Source of the DNA: Methylotenera oryzisoli
Lineage (GTDB): Bacteria; Pseudomonadota; Gammaproteobacteria; Burkholderiales; Methylophilaceae
Assembly (NCBI GenBank): GCA_945907735.1
Contig: CAMDTL010000001.1
Coordinates: 183,481 to 247,480 of the forward strand
DNA length: 64,000 bases
Reading direction: 5' to 3'
Below, piece by piece: positions 9,685 through 18,766 of this stretch (its first letter is position 1; each line of letters starts with the position of its first letter). A program made the translations under genes and the position numbers. The notes below the pieces were generated by a model. The model ran no database searches and was not told the origin of the DNA. It saw only the letters and a list, made by a program, of their open reading frames with translations.

Positions 9685-10851
9685 ATGAATTTACCTTATA
9701 AAAATATCATGCTTGGTATGCTGCTGGGCATTGCTGGGCTAGGCTTAGTCGCTTGCGGTGATAAGACTGCAGAAACTACAACTTCAGCCGAAACGGCAGT
9801 TGCAGCGCCAGCGGGCGACGAAGAAAAAGTGCTCAACATCTACAACTGGTCAGATTATTTGGCCGAAGACACCATTCCAAATTTTGAAAAAGAAACAGGT
9901 ATTAAAGTGCGTTATGACGTATTTGATAGCAATGAAATTTTGCATGCGAAATTGATGGCTAAAAATACCGGTTACGACATCGTGGTGCCATCTTCAAATT
10001 GGGCGAGATTGCAAATAGATGGCGGCTTATTGCAAAAATTAGATAAATCTAAATTGACCAACTATGGTAATTTAGATCCCGATATTTTGGCGCAAATGGC
10101 AAACTTAGATCCAGACAACGCATACATGGTGGATTGGTTGTGGAGCTACACCACAGTGGGTATTAATGTGGATAAGGTAAAAGCGGCGCTGGGCGATATG
10201 CCCATGCCAGAAAACGCCTGGGATTTAGTGTTTAATCCTAAATACACGTCGAAATTAAAATCATGTGGCATTACGTTTTTAGATGCACCAACAGAAGTAT
10301 TTCCGATTGCGCTTAAATACGTAGGCAAGCCTGCGCACAGCAACAATGCAGATGACTACAAAGTAGCGTATGAAATGCTGGCAAAAGTGCGTCCTGACAT
10401 TCAAAAATTCTCTTCTGGCGGCCAAATTGATGATTTGGCGGGTGGCAATGTTTGCGTGGCATTAGGCTGGGCGGGCGACTTTAACTTAGCGCGCAATCGT
10501 TCCATCGAAAATAAATCCCCACAAAATATTGAAGCCTTAATTACTAGCATGGGCGGCTATATGTTTATGGATACCATGGTGATCCCAGCTGACGCAAAAC
10601 ATGTAGATAATGCACACAAATTTATTAACTACATTTTACGTCCAGAAGTACATGCTGGCCTAACTAATGCAGTGACTTATGCTAATCCAAACAAGGCGGC
10701 AACGCAGTTCGTAGATGAAGAAGTGCGTAATAATAAAACCATTTTCTTACCGGCAGAAGATGTTAAAAAATTGATTCCGCCAGGCAATGTAGATAATGCA
10801 ACACGTCGTGTGATGACGCGTTACTTTACCCAATTCAAAACAGGCGCATAG
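9685..10851 (+). CDS. potF: Polyamine ABC transporter substrate-binding lipoprotein
   Basis: Lipobox LVAC; LNIYNWSDY, DVFDSNE, GYDIVVPS. Confidence 0.9.
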   Translation: MNLPYKNIMLGMLLGIAGLGLVACGDKTAETTTSAETAVAAPAGDEEKVLNIYNWSDYLAEDTIPNFEKETGIKVRYDVFDSNEILHAKLMAKNTGYDIVVPSSNWARLQIDGGLLQKLDKSKLTNYGNLDPDILAQMANLDPDNAYMVDWLWSYTTVGINVDKVKAALGDMPMPENAWDLVFNPKYTSKLKSCGITFLDAPTEVFPIALKYVGKPAHSNNADDYKVAYEMLAKVRPDIQKFSSGGQIDDLAGGNVCVALGWAGDFNLARNRSIENKSPQNIEALITSMGGYMFMDTMVIPADAKHVDNAHKFINYILRPEVHAGLTNAVTYANPNKAATQFVDEEVRNNKTIFLPAEDVKKLIPPGNVDNATRRVMTRYFTQFKTGA

Positions 10852-10861
10852 TTTAAAAATA

Positions 10862-10892
10862 ATTGCGCATGCTACCTAGTGGCATGCGCAAT
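10862..10892 (+). terminator. Stem-loop after potF (mRNA stabiliser or partial terminator)
   Basis: attgcgcatgc-tacctagtg-gcatgcgcaat inverted repeat with no U-tract. Confidence 0.5.
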
Positions 10893-10961
10893 ATATCAAT
10901 ACGCATCTTAAGATTGTTGTAATCAATCAAATGTAATCTGTAGGTAAAAGTCGGGGATAGT

Positions 10962-12092
10962 ATGGCGACAGCATCAAAACCACAAACTGGTATGAAATCG
11001 GCTGAAAAAGAAGAGTTGCTTCGGATTGAAGGTATAAGCAAAATTTACGATGGTACTGTTAAAGCCGTAGATGATGTTTCATTAACAGTTTATAAAGGTG
11101 AAATTTTTGGTTTGCTGGGTGGCTCGGGTTGTGGAAAATCAACGCTACTGCGTATGTTGGCAGGGTTCGAAGCGCCAACCAAGGGTAAAATTTACTTAGC
11201 TGAGCAAGATATTACCAATTTACCCGCCTATCAACGTCCTATCAATATGATGTTTCAATCCTATGCCTTGTTTCCGCACTTAAGCGTATGGGAGAACATT
11301 GCATTTGGTTTAAAGCGTGATGGTATGCCAAAGGACCAAATTGCAGAACGTGTTGAGAAGATGCTTGGTCTGGTGCAATTAACTAAATTTGCACCGCGTA
11401 AACCACATCAACTTTCTGGTGGACAACAACAACGTGTGGCATTGGCACGTAGTTTAGCCAAGCGGCCACAGTTGCTTTTGCTTGATGAGCCACTCGGTGC
11501 ATTGGATAAAAAACTGCGTGAGACCACGCAGTTAGAGTTGGTCAATATTATTGAGCAAGTGGGCGTAACTTGTGTATTGGTGACGCATGACCAAGAAGAA
11601 GCCATGACCATGGCTAGCCGTATTGCGGTGATGAGTGAGGGTTATTTTTTACAAGTGGGTGATCCTGACACCGTATATGAAATGCCAAACAGTCGCAAAG
11701 TCGCTGATTTTATTGGCAATGTGAACATGTTTGAAGGTGTGATTGAAGAAGATGAGCCAGACCATGTTACGGTGCGTAGTTTAGAGTGTATACATTATGT
11801 AGGGCATGGTATTAGCGGGCATGCTGGTATGCAGGTGGGGGTGGCATTGCGCCCAGAAAAAGTCATGCTATCCAAAAGAAAACCAAAAGGTGACTACAAT
11901 TGGGCTGAAGGTGAAGTAATCGAGATTGTGTATTTTGGCGCACATACAACTTACCACCTTAAGCTTGCTAGTGGCATGGTACTTAAAGCACAAGAGATCA
12001 ACAGTACGCGCGATTTAAGCTGTGGACTGACTTGGGGCGATAAGGCTTATGCGCACTGGAGCAATGAGGCCATGGTAGTGTTAACTCAATAA
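10962..12092 (+). CDS. potG: Polyamine ABC transporter ATPase
   Basis: GGSGCGKS Walker A, LSGGQQQR signature, LLLLDE; TOBE-like C-terminus. Confidence 0.9.
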   Translation: MATASKPQTGMKSAEKEELLRIEGISKIYDGTVKAVDDVSLTVYKGEIFGLLGGSGCGKSTLLRMLAGFEAPTKGKIYLAEQDITNLPAYQRPINMMFQSYALFPHLSVWENIAFGLKRDGMPKDQIAERVEKMLGLVQLTKFAPRKPHQLSGGQQQRVALARSLAKRPQLLLLDEPLGALDKKLRETTQLELVNIIEQVGVTCVLVTHDQEEAMTMASRIAVMSEGYFLQVGDPDTVYEMPNSRKVADFIGNVNMFEGVIEEDEPDHVTVRSLECIHYVGHGISGHAGMQVGVALRPEKVMLSKRKPKGDYNWAEGEVIEIVYFGAHTTYHLKLASGMVLKAQEINSTRDLSCGLTWGDKAYAHWSNEAMVVLTQ

Positions 12093-12102
12093 GAGGTGTG
12101 CA

Positions 12103-13014
12103 ATGGCTCAATCTAAAAACACATTTCTTAACTTTTTCAGCGGGCGCAAGCTCATTATTGGCGTGCCATATGTTTGGTTTATCTCACTGGCCGCTATTCC
12201 GTTGCTTATCGTGCTCAAAATCAGCCTTTCTACTATGGAGACAGCTTCAGTCTCTAACATGGTAGATTGGAGCAAGGGCTGGCCATCGCTCACGCTTAAT
12301 TTTAGTAGCTATCAATTTATTGCCAGCGATGCGCTATATGTTAAAACCTATCTCTCATCCATAAAATATGCGCTGATTACCACCATCATTTGTTTGGCGA
12401 TTGGCTACCCATTTGCTTACTTTATGGCAAGGGCACCCAAGCATATTCAACCTACCTTATTAATGTTAATTATGCTGCCATTTTGGACATCATTCTTATT
12501 GCGAATTTATGCATGGAAAACATTGCTGGTAAATAATGGCATTATTAATAACGCGCTAATCAGTTTAGGCGTGATGAGTGAACCTATTGCCATGATGAAT
12601 ACGCCGTTTTCGTTGACCATAGGCATGGTATATTCGTACTTGCCCTTTATGATTTTGCCTTTGTATGCCAATTTATCTAAGCTGGATATTCGTTACTTAG
12701 AAGCGGCGGCTGACTTAGGTACCAGCCCACTAAAAACTTTTTGGTTGGTGACGGTGCCACTCTCTAAGGCGGGCATTATTGCAGGTTCAATGTTGGTGTT
12801 TATTCCTTCCATTGGCGAATACGTTATTCCTGAATTATTGGGTGGGTCAAATACGCTCATGATAGGTCGTGTGCTGTGGGATGAATTCTTTAGCAATAAT
12901 GATTGGCCGATGGCTTCTGCCGTGGCTATCGTGATGATACTGCTGATACTGGTGCCGATGGCTTTACTCAATAAATATCAATCAGACCAGGCATCAGATA
13001 AAGCGGGAGCCTAG
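12103..13014 (+). CDS. potH: Polyamine ABC transporter permease
   Basis: LPFWTSFLLRIYAW; EAAADLG EAA loop. Confidence 0.9.
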   Translation: MAQSKNTFLNFFSGRKLIIGVPYVWFISLAAIPLLIVLKISLSTMETASVSNMVDWSKGWPSLTLNFSSYQFIASDALYVKTYLSSIKYALITTIICLAIGYPFAYFMARAPKHIQPTLLMLIMLPFWTSFLLRIYAWKTLLVNNGIINNALISLGVMSEPIAMMNTPFSLTIGMVYSYLPFMILPLYANLSKLDIRYLEAAADLGTSPLKTFWLVTVPLSKAGIIAGSMLVFIPSIGEYVIPELLGGSNTLMIGRVLWDEFFSNNDWPMASAVAIVMILLILVPMALLNKYQSDQASDKAGA

Positions 13015-13016
13015 CC

Positions 13017-13862
13017 ATGAGCCATGGATTAAACAAATATTTTGGCAAGGCATGGATGCTGGCAGTCTATATGTTTTTATACTTGCCAATCGTCACACTG
13101 GTGATCTATTCATTTAACGATTCTAAGTTGGTAACGGTATGGAGCCACGCTAGTTTGCGCTGGTATAGCGCCTTGGCAGCAGATGCCGATTTAATTTCTG
13201 CAGTTTGGTTGTCATTGAAAATTGCCTTTGTTTCGGCGCTTATGTCAGTGTTTTTTGGTACGTTTGTGGCGTTTGCGCTTAATCGCTATAAGCGGTTTGT
13301 CGGTCGCACGTTTTTGTCATCGATGGCCAACATGCCATTGGTGATGCCAGAGGTGATCGTCGGCTTGGCCCTGTTGCTAATGTTGGTTTCTGTGCAGCAT
13401 TGGCTGGGATTCCCCGAGCGTGGTTTATTTACCATTTTGTTGGGCCATGCGTTGCTAGGCACGGCTTATGCGGCGGTAGTGGTGACATCGCGCTTAAAGG
13501 AGATGGATGGGCGCTTAGATGAAGCGGCCATGGATTTGGGCAGCAAGCCATGGCAAGTGTTTACGCTAGTCACTTTCCCCTTGCTTGTCCCTGCACTGGT
13601 TTCAGCTTTTTTGCTTACCTTCACCTTGTCGTTTGACGACGTAGTGTTGTCAGCTTTCTTATCTGGCCCAGGTTATAACACCATGCCGATGGTGATATTC
13701 TCACGCGCGCGGCTGGGTTTAAACCCTACCATTAATGCAGTAGCCACTGTCACCATTACGGTAGTGACGATTGCAGTGATCGCTTCCAGTTTTTACACCT
13801 CGCACGTGGAGCGCAAACGCAAACGTGAAATGGCCTTGGCTTACAGCGATGCCATCAGGTAA
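13017..13862 (+). CDS. potI: Polyamine ABC transporter permease
   Basis: FLYLPI..YSFN; DEAAMDLG; FTLSFDD. Confidence 0.9.
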   Translation: MSHGLNKYFGKAWMLAVYMFLYLPIVTLVIYSFNDSKLVTVWSHASLRWYSALAADADLISAVWLSLKIAFVSALMSVFFGTFVAFALNRYKRFVGRTFLSSMANMPLVMPEVIVGLALLLMLVSVQHWLGFPERGLFTILLGHALLGTAYAAVVVTSRLKEMDGRLDEAAMDLGSKPWQVFTLVTFPLLVPALVSAFLLTFTLSFDDVVLSAFLSGPGYNTMPMVIFSRARLGLNPTINAVATVTITVVTIAVIASSFYTSHVERKRKREMALAYSDAIR

Positions 13863-13901
13863 CATAAAACAAATAATGGGAAATATTAGTAGAATCATTG
13901 A

Positions 13902-15374
13902 ATGACATCACAAACTATAGCGTTAAAGCATTCTGCCTTACTAAAACCTAGCCAAACCCTATTGGCGGGAGCTTGGTTAGGTGCCGACTCTGGTGAAATA
14001 ATACAGGTCACTAATCCTGCCAATGGCTTGGTAGTGGGTGCAGTGCCACGTATGGGCAAAGCTGAAACCGAGCGTGCCATTCAATCGGCAGAAGCTGCGC
14101 AGAAATTGTGGAAAAATCTCACAGCAGCGGCGCGCGCGGCGATTCTTAAGCGCTGGTTTGATTTAGTCAAATTACACGCTGAAGATTTAGCACAAATTCT
14201 CACGGCCGAACAAGGCAAGCCCTTAGCTGAAGCGCGTGGCGAAGTGAGTTATGGCGCTAGTTTTATCGAATGGTTCGCTGAGGAAGCTAAACGTGTGTAC
14301 GGCGAGACGATTCCAAGTCCTGCTAACGACCGCCGCTTGCTAGTGATTAAGCAGCCGATTGGGGTCACTGTCGCTATTACGCCGTGGAATTTCCCCATGG
14401 CTATGATTACACGAAAAGCCGCGCCAGCATTGGCTGCTGGCTGTACGATGATTATCAAACCCGCCGAACAAACGCCGTTATCTGCGATAGCGCTGGCGGT
14501 GTTGGCAGAAGAAGCTGGCGTGCCAGCTGGCGTGCTACAAGTGATTACGGGTAAAGCGCGTGAAATAGGCGCGGTGCTGACTGCAAGCCCGATTGTGAGT
14601 AAACTTTCATTCACAGGCTCTACCGAAGTGGGTCGCATTTTAATGCGCCAGTGCGCCGATAGCATTAAAAAATTGTCGCTGGAATTGGGCGGTAACGCGC
14701 CATTTATTGTGTTTGATGATGCTGATTTGGACGCCGCTGTGGAAGGCGCGATGATTAGCAAATTCCGCAATGCTGGTCAGACTTGCGTGTGTGCAAATCG
14801 TTTATTTGTACAAGATGGCGTATTTGACACATTTGCCGCAAAACTAGCCGCAAAAGTGTCCGCATTAAAAGTGGGTGATGGCACTACAGAGGGCGTGACA
14901 CAAGGACCGCTGATAGATGCGGTAGCGATTGAAAAAATTGAAGGTCACGTGGCTGATGCTGTTAAAAAAGGTGCAAAACTCATGCAAGGCGGCAGGCGTC
15001 ATGCCCTAGGCGGTACTTATTTTGAGCCAACTGTGCTGGCTGATGTGACGGCTGATTCGCTTATATTTAGCGAAGAAACGTTTGGCCCTGTGGCGCCATT
15101 GTTCCGCTTTAAAACAGATGATGAAGTGATAGAGTTGGCAAATCGTACCGAGTTCGGCTTGGCCTCTTATTTCTACAGTCGCGATATTGGTCGCATTTGG
15201 CGCGTGGCAGAAGCGCTTGAATACGGCATGGTGGGTGTGAATACAGGCATGATTTCCAACGAAGTAGCACCGTTTGGTGGCGTTAAACAATCAGGGCTGG
15301 GGCGTGAAGGTTCGCACCATGGCATCGATGAGTATTTAGAAATTAAGTACATCGCCATGGCAGGGCTTGCATAA
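13902..15374 (+). CDS. gabD: NAD(P)-dependent succinate-semialdehyde dehydrogenase
   Basis: LELGGNAPF, KFRNAGQTCVCAN, PFGGVKQSGLGREGS. Confidence 0.9.
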   Translation: MTSQTIALKHSALLKPSQTLLAGAWLGADSGEIIQVTNPANGLVVGAVPRMGKAETERAIQSAEAAQKLWKNLTAAARAAILKRWFDLVKLHAEDLAQILTAEQGKPLAEARGEVSYGASFIEWFAEEAKRVYGETIPSPANDRRLLVIKQPIGVTVAITPWNFPMAMITRKAAPALAAGCTMIIKPAEQTPLSAIALAVLAEEAGVPAGVLQVITGKAREIGAVLTASPIVSKLSFTGSTEVGRILMRQCADSIKKLSLELGGNAPFIVFDDADLDAAVEGAMISKFRNAGQTCVCANRLFVQDGVFDTFAAKLAAKVSALKVGDGTTEGVTQGPLIDAVAIEKIEGHVADAVKKGAKLMQGGRRHALGGTYFEPTVLADVTADSLIFSEETFGPVAPLFRFKTDDEVIELANRTEFGLASYFYSRDIGRIWRVAEALEYGMVGVNTGMISNEVAPFGGVKQSGLGREGSHHGIDEYLEIKYIAMAGLA

Positions 15375-15493
15375 GTGGCTACAATGGCACATTTCTGTGT
15401 TACGCGGTACTCGCTTGCTCGCCGTACAGCCCTGCACTGTCTCGGAATCTGTGCTCCGTGTGCCTTGAACTGCATCCATCTCACCCACTTATG
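15370..15493. repeat. MITE-like element (same family as 389 and 25250)
   Basis: cataagtgg / ccacttatg terminal inverted repeats; core gttacgcggtactcgc...gtac...tctcgg...ctccgtgtgcctt shared with the 25250 copy. Confidence 0.7.
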
Positions 15494-15510
15494 TTACATG
15501 GAAAATTGCA

Positions 15511-17007
15511 ATGGATAGTAAGGTTGACATTGATTGGCACGCACGTGCTAAAACACTGAAAATTGACGGCCGCGCCTTTATTAACGGCAAGCGTGTCAAT
15601 GCGGCTGGTGGCGCGACATTTGAATGCTTTTCACCGATTGATAGTCGCAAACTCACCGATGTCGCCAGTTGCAAATCCGCCGATGTTGATTTGGCTGTTG
15701 TTGCTGCACGCGCGGCGTTTAATGATAGGCGTTGGGCAGGTTTAAGTCCGCGCGAACGCAAGCAAACCATGGTTAAGTTTGCTGATTTAATTCTCACCAA
15801 CCGTGAAGAATTGGCGCTGTTAGAAACCTTGGACATGGGCAAACCAATTACCGCCAGCCTAAATGTGGACGTTGCTTCCGCCGCCAATACCATACGCTGG
15901 TTTGCTGAGGCGATAGACAAAGTGTACGATGAAATCGCACCAACGGCAGAGCATACCTTAGCGATGATTACGCGTGAACCCATGGGCGTGGTGGGAGCAA
16001 TTGTGCCGTGGAATTATCCTATTGCGATGGCCGCGTGGAAAATCGCGCCAGCGTTGGCGGCAGGCAATAGTGTGGTGTTAAAACCATCGGAAAAATCACC
16101 ACTCACTGCGCTTAAATTAGGCGATTTGGCGCTACAAGCAGGCGTACCTGCTGGCGTGCTGAACGTGATTCCAGGATTCGGTACCGAAGCTGGTTCGCCG
16201 CTGGCGCTGCACATGGATGTGGATTGCATCGCGTTTACCGGCTCGACTGGCGTGGGTAAAAAAATTCAAGTGATGGCTGGGCAAAGCAATTTGAAGCGCG
16301 CTTGGTGCGAGCTGGGCGGCAAGTCGCCCAACATCGTGTTTGCCGATTGCCAAGACATGGATAAAGCGGCAGCAGCTTCCGCCGCTTCGATTTTTTACAA
16401 TCAGGGTGAAAGCTGCAACGCGCCTTCGCGTTTGCTGGTTGAGCGTTCGATTAAAGACGTGTTCGTTAAAAAAATACTGGCTGAACTTAAAAACTATCAG
16501 CCTGGTGACCCGCTGGATGCGGACACCAGCATGGGCGCGCTGGTGGATTGCGGGCAGATGGAAACCGTGTTGAGATATATTGCAATAGGCAGGCTGGAAG
16601 GCGCGAGTCTACTGGCTGGTGGCGCTAGGGTAAGAAGTGAAACAGGCGGTTTTTATATCACCCCGACCGTATTTGATGACGTCAACAATAGCATGAAAAT
16701 TGCCGCTGAAGAGATTTTCGGCCCTGTACTCTCTATTATTGCTTTCGACACAGAAAAAGAGGCGATAAAAATTGCCAATGATACACAATATGGTTTAGCA
16801 GCAGCAGTGTGGACGCGCGATATTTCGCGTGCGCACTTGGTGGCACGTGCTTTGCGCGTGGGCACTGTGCATGTGAACAGTTACGATGAAGATGATATTA
16901 CCGTGCCATTTGGTGGTTTTAAACAAAGCGGCAATGGGCGTGATAAATCGTTGCACGCGCTAGAGAAATACACGGAGCTAAAAACGACTTGGATTCGCCT
17001 TAATTAA
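15511..17007 (+). CDS. puuC: Gamma-glutamyl-gamma-aminobutyraldehyde dehydrogenase
   Basis: AEAIDKVYDEIAPT, AGQSNLKRAWCELGGKSPNIV, GRDKSLHALEKY. Confidence 0.9.
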   Translation: MDSKVDIDWHARAKTLKIDGRAFINGKRVNAAGGATFECFSPIDSRKLTDVASCKSADVDLAVVAARAAFNDRRWAGLSPRERKQTMVKFADLILTNREELALLETLDMGKPITASLNVDVASAANTIRWFAEAIDKVYDEIAPTAEHTLAMITREPMGVVGAIVPWNYPIAMAAWKIAPALAAGNSVVLKPSEKSPLTALKLGDLALQAGVPAGVLNVIPGFGTEAGSPLALHMDVDCIAFTGSTGVGKKIQVMAGQSNLKRAWCELGGKSPNIVFADCQDMDKAAAASAASIFYNQGESCNAPSRLLVERSIKDVFVKKILAELKNYQPGDPLDADTSMGALVDCGQMETVLRYIAIGRLEGASLLAGGARVRSETGGFYITPTVFDDVNNSMKIAAEEIFGPVLSIIAFDTEKEAIKIANDTQYGLAAAVWTRDISRAHLVARALRVGTVHVNSYDEDDITVPFGGFKQSGNGRDKSLHALEKYTELKTTWIRLN

Positions 17008-17016
17008 GGATATATC

Positions 17017-17154
17017 ATGAACAAATTAACCGACCCAATGTTGACTAATCGAGACCTGCACAATCGCCGCTTGGCCGCCACTCCACTCACCATTCAAGAC
17101 CATGTGTTTGATGAAGCGCTGGATATACTAGGCCGCGCATTAACGAAAGTTTAG
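17017..17154 (+). pseudogene. puuE: 4-aminobutyrate aminotransferase (puuE/gabT) collapsed by internal deletion to a 45-aa N+C fusion
   Basis: AAGGA RBS then MNKLTDPMLTNRDLHNRRLAATP|LTIQDHVFDEALDILGRALTKV*; the halves match the PuuE start (..HQRRLSATP) and end (PLTIPDAQFD..). Confidence 0.85.
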
Positions 17155-17157
17155 CCA

Positions 17158-18513
17158 ATGGATGATGCTACAAAACAAATTAGCGCGATAGAAGCCACTA
17201 AAACAAAGCTGGCGGCGGCTGGCGTGCACACTGTCATCGCGCAGTTTGTCGATATTCACGGCGCAGCCAAAGGTAAATATATTCCGATCGCACATTTAGA
17301 GGACATTCTCGGCGCTGGCGCGGGTTTTGCTGGCCCCTCCATTTGGGGCACGGGCTTGCCGCGTACGGGTGCGCGCGCTGAGTTTTATGGTCAGGGTGAT
17401 TTAAGTACTTTGCAAGCACTGCCTTGGATGCCAGGCTATGCGCGGATTGTTTGCAATGGTGTCGTTGATGGGAAACCGTTTGATGGTTGCTCGCGCCGTG
17501 TTTTGCTCAAACAAATTGCGCGGCTCAATAAACTAGGGCTTACGTTGAATGTGGGTATCGAGCCAGAGTTTTTTCTGTTCAATACAGACGAGAATGGCCG
17601 ACCAGTTGTTTGCGCTAAAGATCACCAAGACAAACCTTCTTACGACTTGCAAGCATTGGCGCGAGTGCGCGACGTGCTACGTTGCATGGAGACTGGCTTA
17701 ACAGCGTGTGGTTTTGATGTATTTCAAATCGATCACGAAGACGCTAGCGGCCAATATGAGCTGAATTATCACTACAGCGATGCGTTAAAGGCCGCTGACC
17801 GCTTTATTTTGTTCAAAATGGCGGCTAGTCATATTGCGGAAGAAGCAGGATTGCTTTTTTCTCTAATGCCAAAACCCTTTGCAGATCGCCCTGGTAGTGG
17901 CTTGCATCTACATTTGTCGCTTACCGATGCCAGTGGCAATGCGGTGATGGCGGACAAAGCTGACTCGCACGGACTGTCCAAAATCGGTCGTGAATGCATT
18001 GCGGGTTTGTTGGCGCACAGCCCAGCATTGGCAGCTTTTCACGCGCCATCGGTTAATTCTTACAAACGTTTGGTCATCGGTCGCTCACTTTCTGGTACCA
18101 CCTGGGCGCCCGCACACATTGGCTGGGGCTATAACAATCGCACTACAGTTTTACGCGCAGTGGCGGGGCGCATGGAGTTTCGCCTAACCGATGGTAGCAG
18201 CAATATCTATGCGGCGCTGGCCTCCACCATCGCCGCTATGTTAGATGGTGTGGAGCAAAATATGGCGCCGCCCGTGCCGATAGATGAAGATATTTACGAG
18301 TGGGAAGATGCACAATTTAAACGCCATCGCGTCAAAACTTTGCCGCAAACTTTGGGTGAAGCGCTCGTAGCTTTAGGCGAAGATTCCGCGTTGGCTAAGG
18401 CGCTGGGCGAAGATTATGTGGCAGAATATCTCGCCACCAAAACGCCAGAATGGATAGATTATTGCCGCTCAGTTAGCGATTGGGAATACAAACGTTATTT
18501 AACTTGGCCTTAA
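17158..18513 (+). CDS. glnT: Type III glutamate-ammonia ligase family protein (GlnT / gamma-glutamylmethylamide synthetase-like paralogue)
   Basis: AQFVDIHGAAK, GAGFAGPSIWGTG, QIDHEDASGQYE, MPKPFADRPGSG, NSYKRLVIGRSLSGTTWAP, VSDWE. Confidence 0.8.
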   Translation: MDDATKQISAIEATKTKLAAAGVHTVIAQFVDIHGAAKGKYIPIAHLEDILGAGAGFAGPSIWGTGLPRTGARAEFYGQGDLSTLQALPWMPGYARIVCNGVVDGKPFDGCSRRVLLKQIARLNKLGLTLNVGIEPEFFLFNTDENGRPVVCAKDHQDKPSYDLQALARVRDVLRCMETGLTACGFDVFQIDHEDASGQYELNYHYSDALKAADRFILFKMAASHIAEEAGLLFSLMPKPFADRPGSGLHLHLSLTDASGNAVMADKADSHGLSKIGRECIAGLLAHSPALAAFHAPSVNSYKRLVIGRSLSGTTWAPAHIGWGYNNRTTVLRAVAGRMEFRLTDGSSNIYAALASTIAAMLDGVEQNMAPPVPIDEDIYEWEDAQFKRHRVKTLPQTLGEALVALGEDSALAKALGEDYVAEYLATKTPEWIDYCRSVSDWEYKRYLTWP

Positions 18514-18520
18514 CGCTTAA

Positions 18521-18649
18521 GACGATGCCTCTGTAACGCTTATGGATATTGACGTGCAAGGCTTTTTGTGCGAGGCCTATGCTACACATGATGCTAATGA
18601 TGTAAGCCACCTAGGTGGCTGGCGTAATCATTTGAAACAAATTGCATAA
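18521..18649 (+). pseudogene. C-terminal remnant of allophanate hydrolase (AtzF-like)
   Basis: VQGFLCEAYATHDANDVSHLGGWRNHL* matches the AtzF C-terminal pattern V-x-GF-[LI]-CE...DI-[ST]-x-[FY]-GGWR-x-YL. Confidence 0.7.
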
Positions 18650-18675
18650 AGTAGAAGGGGGCGAGCCAAAGTAAA

Positions 18676-18766
18676 TGATATTTTCGCCTGCGAGCCTAGA
18701 CCGACCTTATATTTTCACTTGCGAGCCTAGCTTGGCTTATATCCTTACTTGAGAACCTAGTTCTAC
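18676..18766 (-). repeat. Degenerate ~30-bp tandem triplication of the kup 3' end
   Basis: ttatatccttacttgagaacctagttctac (18737-66), ttatattttcacttgcgagcctagcttggc (18707-36), tgatattttcgcctgcgagcctagaccgacc (18676-706). Confidence 0.7.

Noticed and set aside
18676-18766. CRISPR-like short repeats
   Set aside because: The units are adjacent with no spacers, are degenerate, and derive from the kup coding end; no cas genes are present.
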